From the NCBI GenBank assembly GCA_027031765.1, contig JALVPN010000186.1:1-9743 (forward strand): 9,743 nt of DNA, given 5' to 3'. The stretch's first letter is position 1; the number at the start of each line of letters is the position of its first letter. The translations under genes and the position numbers were made by a program. This document shows positions 1 through 5,237 of the stretch, piece after piece. The notes below the pieces were generated by a model. It was not told where the DNA came from and did not search any database. It was given only the letters and a program-made list of their open reading frames with translations. Source of the stretch: Promethearchaeota archaeon. GTDB lineage: Archaea > Asgardarchaeota > Thorarchaeia > Thorarchaeales > Thorarchaeaceae.

Positions 1-130
1 AAACAGGTCCATGACCCATGGTGTCCCCTCCATCTTACACCGTGACCGGCGACACGCTGTGCGGTCCAGAGTCCTCACATGGCTACGACAACACACCGTT
101 GTGAGCCGGTCGTGGGAGGGGTGCCACGGA

Positions 131-144
131 ATATCCCTATAAAG
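131..144 (+). promoter_or_regulatory. Putative archaeal TATA box upstream of the GH38 gene
   Basis: ATATCCCTATAAAG, with TATAAA at 138-143, is an AT-rich island in GC-rich DNA about 45 nt upstream of the ATG at 187. Confidence 0.55.
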
Positions 145-150
145 TGATGA

Positions 151-182
151 GGTCTCTCAGTCCTGTCCTGCAGGGAGAGACC
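151..182. repeat. Perfect 8-bp inverted repeat (GGTCTCTC-N16-GAGAGACC) between the TATA box and the GH38 start
   Basis: Arms at 151-158 and 175-182 are exact reverse complements. An inner CCTG/CAGG pair can extend the stem. Confidence 0.8.
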
Positions 183-186
183 GCAG

Positions 187-2757
187 ATGACTGAGCGATG
201 GATTGTCAACGTGTGCCCGTTCCTGCACTTCGACAATGCCCGTACTCAGGACTACGAGCACAATGTGAGCATTGCCTCATGGAACATCAAGAGCGCACTG
301 GACTTCCTCGACATTGACCCGTCGCACAAGTTCTGTGTGAGCCAGGTCACGCTGCTTGAGGGGTTCAAGAGGCTGTTCCCCAACTACTGGGACAGTCTGC
401 ACGAACATGTCCTCGACGGGCGCATCGAGGTGGTGGGCGGCACCTATGTCATGCCGGACCTGATACTGCCAGACGGGGAGTCGATAGTCCGGCAGTTCCT
501 GCTCGGCACGCGCTGGATCCGTGAGGAGCTGGGCGTGGATGTGAAGACTGGCTGGGCCATTGACTCTGCCGGCCACTGTGCCCAGATGCCGCAGGTGCTG
601 CGTCAGTGCGGCATCGACTCCTACTTCTTCTGGCGGGGCCAGCAGCACGACGCCCCCACAGAGTTCATCTGGAAGGGGCCCGACGGTAGCAGGGTGAATG
701 CTGTATGGCTGTCCACGGGCTTCGAGGCTGCTGCATGGCTATCTGAGAACACTCGCGAGGCATTCGCTACGCTGCTGCACCTCGTCAACGAGTGTGGTCG
801 TCGTGCTACGTCCACGAACCTCTTCATCCCCGTTGGCGGCGAGCTCGTGCCGCCACCGCCACACCTTGATGGTATCGTACGACAGTGGAACGAGACCTTT
901 CCCGACATGCACGCAGTGGTCGTTGTGCCCAACGAGTTCGCGACCAAGCAGAGGGCGGTCCAGGCAAACATGCCTGTGATATCTGGCGAGCTCGCGTCCG
1001 GCCGTTTTGCACCTGTGCGAAGTGGCGGGCTCAGCAGCCGTGTGAGACTGAAACTCGCGAACCGCCGTCTCGAAGGCCTCCTCTACCTCCTTGAGATCTA
1101 TCAGGCACTCGCGGGCATACACGACATGACTGACGATGTCGACAACCTGTGGCGAATCCTCCTCTTCAACCAGGACCACAATATCATCCGTGGGACATGT
1201 GGTGACGGGGCGTATACCCTCGCGATGAGGCGGTACGAGAAGGCGATTGCAGGGGCTGAGGACATGCTCGAGACTGCGATTGATGGCCTCTCAGCGCATG
1301 TCGGCTGTCAGGACGGTCACCCGGGCATTGTGGTCTTCAACCCGCTCCCGTGGGCACGCAGTGATGTGGCAAGGGTCGCAGTGGACACGACCGTGATAGG
1401 TGGTGCGAGCTTTAGTATCCGCGCACCTGATGGGACTGCGGTGCCGTACCAGGTGGTGGGCGAGGACACAGAGTCCGGACAGGTCGAGGTGGTGTTCATC
1501 GCAACTGATGTGCCCAGCCTCGGCTACAGGACCTATGCGGTCGTCCCTTCTGAGGCACCGCCCGACACTGCGGGCCCCATCAGGACCGGTGACAACTGGG
1601 TCGAGACAGAGGACTACTCCTTGGAGTTTGACCGTTTCAGCGGTGCCATCACACGCCTGTTCGACAAGGAGACCCAGAGCGAGCTGTTCAGACGAGAGGC
1701 AATGTACATCACCATGGAGAACGAGGCCGGTGACACGTACCGGCATGCAGAATCGCCACTCACCAGTGAGGCCTCCGTCCTGACCAGTCTGAGGACTGCT
1801 GGCAAGACCACCGTGGTCGAGAGCGGCCCTGTCCGGGCAGTCGTTGAGGTGACAGGAAAGATCGGTTCCTCACAGCGCACTCATCGCGTGACCGTCTACA
1901 ATGGCCTGCGACGCATTGACTTTGAGGTCGGCCTTGACCTGAGAGATGCACGGAAACGTGTGCGCCTCAACTTTGAGCTGAACGTCTTCACAGATGAGGT
2001 GGGGACAGGGGCGCAGTTCATGGTACAGCGACGGCACGTGCCGCCAACAGATACCTGTGGCAATGACCCCGGACCGGGGACATTCCCTGCACTTGACTGG
2101 GTCGACTGCGTCGGCCCGGACAAGGGTGTGTGCATTATTGCGGTAGGCCTCCGGGAGTTCGAGTACCGCGATGGGCGCCTCTCAGTGACACTTGTCAGGA
2201 GTGTTTCTGACCTGTCCCACGGTCTTGACGATGAGGTACAGCCAGCACCCCTCGCTCTGGACCTCGGGCAGCACTCGTTCAGGGGCGCGATATTCCCCCA
2301 TCGCGTGGCTGACAGCACGGAGGCATGGATGGCTGCTGCTGAGTGCCGTCTACCACTCCTCTGCTATCCTCTCGACAAGGACCATGGTGGCGGCCCCCTC
2401 CCAACAGAGGCCACCCTGTTCAGCGTCGAGGGTGTGCAGCTGGCCCTCAGCAGCTATCGTCCCGCACCGGTCCCGGACGAGTACGTCGTGAGACTGTACG
2501 AGCCGGTGGGTGCCAGTGGCAGGACCAGGGTGTCATTCTACAGGGATGTGGAGTCGGCCACGCTGCTCGACCTGCGCGAGAGGGTGATTGGCGAGCTGCC
2601 ACATGACCGGAGGACTGTCACCATTCCGGTGGACCCATACTCAATAGTCACACTGCGGGTCAAGCTGGCCCCGCTCCCAGTACGCGAGCAGGCCGCCGCC
2701 AGTCCCGGCCCACACGCCAGCAGCACACCTGCGGACCATGACCCCTCTGAGGAGTAG
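187..2757 (+). CDS. Glycoside hydrolase family 38 (alpha-mannosidase-like) protein, 856 aa, with divergent active-site motifs
   Basis: GH38 motifs occur in the expected order: N-terminal H-x-D (H14/D16), 'GRIEVVGGTYVMPDLILPDGESIVRQFLLG', nucleophile motif 'GWAIDSAGH' (D126), 'EFIWKGPDGS', middle domain 'LWRILLFNQDHNIIRGT', 'VVFNPLPWARS', and a C-terminal beta region ('RLSVTLVRS', 'VRLYEPVG', 'VDPYSIVTLRV'). No signal peptide is visible. Confidence 0.92.
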   Translation: MTERWIVNVCPFLHFDNARTQDYEHNVSIASWNIKSALDFLDIDPSHKFCVSQVTLLEGFKRLFPNYWDSLHEHVLDGRIEVVGGTYVMPDLILPDGESIVRQFLLGTRWIREELGVDVKTGWAIDSAGHCAQMPQVLRQCGIDSYFFWRGQQHDAPTEFIWKGPDGSRVNAVWLSTGFEAAAWLSENTREAFATLLHLVNECGRRATSTNLFIPVGGELVPPPPHLDGIVRQWNETFPDMHAVVVVPNEFATKQRAVQANMPVISGELASGRFAPVRSGGLSSRVRLKLANRRLEGLLYLLEIYQALAGIHDMTDDVDNLWRILLFNQDHNIIRGTCGDGAYTLAMRRYEKAIAGAEDMLETAIDGLSAHVGCQDGHPGIVVFNPLPWARSDVARVAVDTTVIGGASFSIRAPDGTAVPYQVVGEDTESGQVEVVFIATDVPSLGYRTYAVVPSEAPPDTAGPIRTGDNWVETEDYSLEFDRFSGAITRLFDKETQSELFRREAMYITMENEAGDTYRHAESPLTSEASVLTSLRTAGKTTVVESGPVRAVVEVTGKIGSSQRTHRVTVYNGLRRIDFEVGLDLRDARKRVRLNFELNVFTDEVGTGAQFMVQRRHVPPTDTCGNDPGPGTFPALDWVDCVGPDKGVCIIAVGLREFEYRDGRLSVTLVRSVSDLSHGLDDEVQPAPLALDLGQHSFRGAIFPHRVADSTEAWMAAAECRLPLLCYPLDKDHGGGPLPTEATLFSVEGVQLALSSYRPAPVPDEYVVRLYEPVGASGRTRVSFYRDVESATLLDLRERVIGELPHDRRTVTIPVDPYSIVTLRVKLAPLPVREQAAASPGPHASSTPADHDPSEE

Positions 2758-3119
2758 TGTGCCTCGGGTGGTGCGGTGTGTGGCAGCAGGGGTCATAGGC
2801 CCCTACAGACCGACGGGCCCACCTACAAGGACGATGGGGTGCCGTCCTGCTACTGGACTCGGACGGCAGGTACACCCCAAGTGGGCAGCTACCAATCACC
2901 CACTCGTCAGTCACGGCCCGCTAGGTCACCACTCGACCAGTGGGATGGCCTTGGAATGGCACGCGCTCACGGGGTCGGACATAGGGTCACAGTCCTGCAA
3001 ATAGCCTCACTCGTCGAGGTCGGGGGTGCGCGCGTCACCCGCCGCCACACTACGTTAGCGATACTCTTTTGAGGTGCTAGAACACATCTCCCTAGGACCA
3101 TCAACCCGGTGAGGACGAG

Positions 3120-3998
3120 ATGAGTGCCTTCTTTCCAGTGTCCCCCCTTGTCGGTATCGTGAACACGAGCTATGCTGCACAGGTCGGCGTCATAGACGAA
3201 CGCTGGGGCGTGCGGGTTGTCAGGGGGAAGAAGGTCATTGCCGAGAAGGCAATCCACCAGTTGGACCTTGACAGCATAGTGGGCGTGATCTATGGTCATA
3301 TCCGGATGGAGGGCCTGAGCAGGTACTCGGTGGCGCAGTGTGCGGGACGCCTGATGCAGTTCGCACGTCGCTACCAGGAGTCGGGCATATGTCCTGACTA
3401 TGAGCCCAAGGGGTTGGTCCGGGACGATGGTGAGGCATACGTGGCCGTGGAGGCCGACAGTGCGGGCGACGGCATGGCCCCAGTACGTACACAGGGGCCC
3501 GCTGCAAGTGAGCCGGCACGTGACACGCGGGTCGGACAGCTCCCACATGTGTCCCCACCTGACCGGCTGGAGGCATGGCGCGCATCCGTTGAGTCACAGG
3601 CCGTGATGATTGCCCGTCTATCGGCATACGGTGCGGCCCTTGGCACAGAACACCTCTCCAGCATGTTCCAGCAGGTCGCAGAGGAACTGGTCTACCGGTG
3701 GGGCCTCTCTGAGGACAATGCAGAGCCGCTCGTGCGTTTCTGCAACATGATCCTGAGCTGTTCGACGGAGGGACAGGTGCCCAAGACCGGTCGCGACCGC
3801 ATGAGCATTGAGACCGGCCAGTGCGAGCTGCTCAAGATGTTCTATGAGATGGATCCCAGTGCCTCGCGGTTCCCACCGGGGTTCCCATGTGCGTTCCACG
3901 AGGCAGTCGCTAGGCTGGTCGCAGCACGCACCGGTGTCAATATTGGTGTCAACACCTCCAGTACTGGGTGCATTGTGAACATGGGCCTTGAACACTAG
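3120..3998 (+). CDS. Hypothetical two-domain protein, 292 aa, with a C-terminal V4R/MetOD1-like putative metal-binding domain
   Basis: Long ORF with coding-like codon use and GGTGAGGA just upstream of the ATG. An N-terminal globular part and an Ala/Pro/Gly-rich linker precede a helix-helix-strand pattern with C235 ('IETGQCE'), C257/H260 ('FPCAFHE') and C284 ('TGCIVNM'). The gene is well supported; the domain call is tentative. Confidence 0.7.
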   Translation: MSAFFPVSPLVGIVNTSYAAQVGVIDERWGVRVVRGKKVIAEKAIHQLDLDSIVGVIYGHIRMEGLSRYSVAQCAGRLMQFARRYQESGICPDYEPKGLVRDDGEAYVAVEADSAGDGMAPVRTQGPAASEPARDTRVGQLPHVSPPDRLEAWRASVESQAVMIARLSAYGAALGTEHLSSMFQQVAEELVYRWGLSEDNAEPLVRFCNMILSCSTEGQVPKTGRDRMSIETGQCELLKMFYEMDPSASRFPPGFPCAFHEAVARLVAARTGVNIGVNTSSTGCIVNMGLEH

Positions 3999-4040
3999 TG
4001 CCGGCCCGGGTGGTGCGCGCTGCAGCGACACATCGCCGAC

Positions 4041-4053
4041 AATCTTAAATCAA
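4041..4053 (+). promoter_or_regulatory. Putative TATA-like element for the 91-aa membrane protein gene
   Basis: AATCTTAAATCAA is an AT-rich island about 70 nt upstream of the ATG at 4122. SD-like GGAGTGA lies shortly before the start. Confidence 0.4.
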
Positions 4054-4121
4054 AGGGCACGGAGAGTGCTCATAATGCGAGACCTTGGGCCTACGTCTCG
4101 TTTCTGGAGTGACTGAACACA

Positions 4122-4397
4122 ATGTCCTATTTGACATGGCGTGAATATGTACGGTCAGGACCAGTCTGCCTTGGTGCGCTGGTACTGATAGCCGGCGGAG
4201 TAGTGGTCCTCCTTGGTAACTCGGGCCATCAAGTGCTTGGAGAATACACGTTCCTCGGTGGGGCAGTTATTGCAATCATAGGGCTGCTCCTCATCATAGC
4301 AGGCTTCTTCTTCACAACGAAGAAGCGCGACTCTGTCCTTGCACCCGTACGTACAGACGTTGAGGACGTACCACCGCCGCCACCGCCGCCGGACTGA
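4122..4397 (+). CDS. Small two-TM membrane protein, 91 aa, with a C-terminal poly-proline tail
   Basis: Two hydrophobic stretches ('GPVCLGALVLIAGGVVVLLG', 'TFLGGAVIAIIGLLLIIAGFFF') are joined by a short loop and followed by KKR and 'EDVPPPPPPPD'. An SD-like motif lies upstream and a hairpin plus T-rich tract downstream. Confidence 0.85.
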   Translation: MSYLTWREYVRSGPVCLGALVLIAGGVVVLLGNSGHQVLGEYTFLGGAVIAIIGLLLIIAGFFFTTKKRDSVLAPVRTDVEDVPPPPPPPD

Positions 4398-4428
4398 GCG
4401 ACGGTACGGTGTGACCGAAGTCGCGCAG

Positions 4429-4470
4429 CCCTGGATCCCGCATCGGGTCCAGGGGCCAATTTCTTCTTTC
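4429..4470 (+). terminator. Hairpin plus U-rich tract downstream of the 91-aa gene
   Basis: CCCTGGATCC-CGCATC-GGGTCCAGGG (4429-4454) forms a 10-bp stem (9 Watson-Crick, 1 G-U), followed by TTTCTTCTTTC (4460-4470). It starts about 30 nt after the stop. Confidence 0.55.
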
Positions 4471-4831
4471 ATGGCGGGTGTCATGGTAGTACCACCACAT
4501 GTTGTTTCTGTGCGCCCTATGACAGTGGTCATGGCACTGACGTCCGGTTGCCCATTGTCTGCAGTCTGGGCCACTGATGGCAACGGCCACGACTACAAAC
4601 ATACACGTGCAGTCTTCCGCCCCGTCGCCAACACCATCATGGCCCTGACCATGCCCCTCACATGCTGTGATGCGCCCCCTATGAGACCGGCCCCTGAGCG
4701 CATGTAGTGACACATCTGCCGTGTCTGTCTTGCTCCGTCGGGCCTCTACTGGCCGTGAGTCCATGCTGCAAACGCTAATATGGGACGGCGGTCTCAGTTT
4801 CCCAGAAACAACCAAGTGGGATCTGATAGAC

Positions 4832-5122
4832 ATGACTGTGCTAGAGTACAAGGACAGCCAGTTCCACGAGTGTGACGGACAACCTACTACCCCCATCACG
4901 CTGACTGTGGACGACGCACAGAAAAAGCTGATACTCGTCGTACCTACTGGAGTTTCCATGATTGAGCGTCGTGCCGCTGAGCGGAATGCGAGGGCAATCC
5001 AGAAGGCGGGCTTTCAGACCCGCCGGCGCGGGTGTATTGGCCGGGGCTACGAGCTGGAGATACAGGGCCACGGTGGTGCGCTCCCGGAGCGCCTGAAGCA
5101 CTCGCCGCGCGAGGTCTACTAG
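4832..5122 (+). CDS. Small hypothetical protein, 96 aa, possibly a divergent gelsolin-like single domain
   Basis: The start was moved from 4721 to the ATG at 4832 because GTGGGA precedes it and the upstream 37 codons look non-coding. The sequence 'ITLTVDDAQKKLILVVPTGVSMIERRAAERNARAIQ...GYELEIQG' gives a strand-strand-long helix-strand pattern. Confidence 0.75.
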   Translation: MTVLEYKDSQFHECDGQPTTPITLTVDDAQKKLILVVPTGVSMIERRAAERNARAIQKAGFQTRRRGCIGRGYELEIQGHGGALPERLKHSPREVY

Positions 5123-5237
5123 GCTGGGCCTACTGCGGCCCATGCATATCATATTCCATTGCTGCACGCCGCCATCGTTCAGGAAAACAGATAGGACAGT
5201 TGTCCCATAGCTTGTATGTACCAAGGAGCTGTCCCCT

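Noticed and set aside
144-194. Box C (GTGATGA, 144-150) and box D (CTGA, 191-194) spaced like an archaeal C/D sRNA
   Set aside because: There are no internal D'/C' boxes and no terminal stem. The would-be guides pair with each other, box C abuts the TATA box, and box D lies in GH38 codons 2-3.
2829-2880. Possible SECIS element in the GH38 3' region
   Set aside because: There is no AUGA/GA kink-turn core or apical AA motif, and no in-frame TGA in the adjacent genes.
2758-3072. The GH38 frame stays open for 104 codons after its TAG (includes ORF 2776..3072), suggesting amber readthrough or pyrrolysine
   Set aside because: The conserved GH38 fold ends before a disordered tail, and the extension has no recognisable domain. 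Long stop-free runs are common at this GC content, and alaA and Roadblock end at TAG where their families normally end.
4721-4831. Longer GTG start for the 4832..5122 gene
   Set aside because: The extension contains a promoter-like AT-rich patch (AAACGCTAATAT) and looks non-coding. The ATG at 4832 has a purine-rich SD-like motif.
5191-5236. Short palindrome GGACA-GT-TGTCC and a 9-mer ATAGGACAG shared with 9070-9078
   Set aside because: Five-bp arms and single 9-mer matches are expected by chance in this much sequence.
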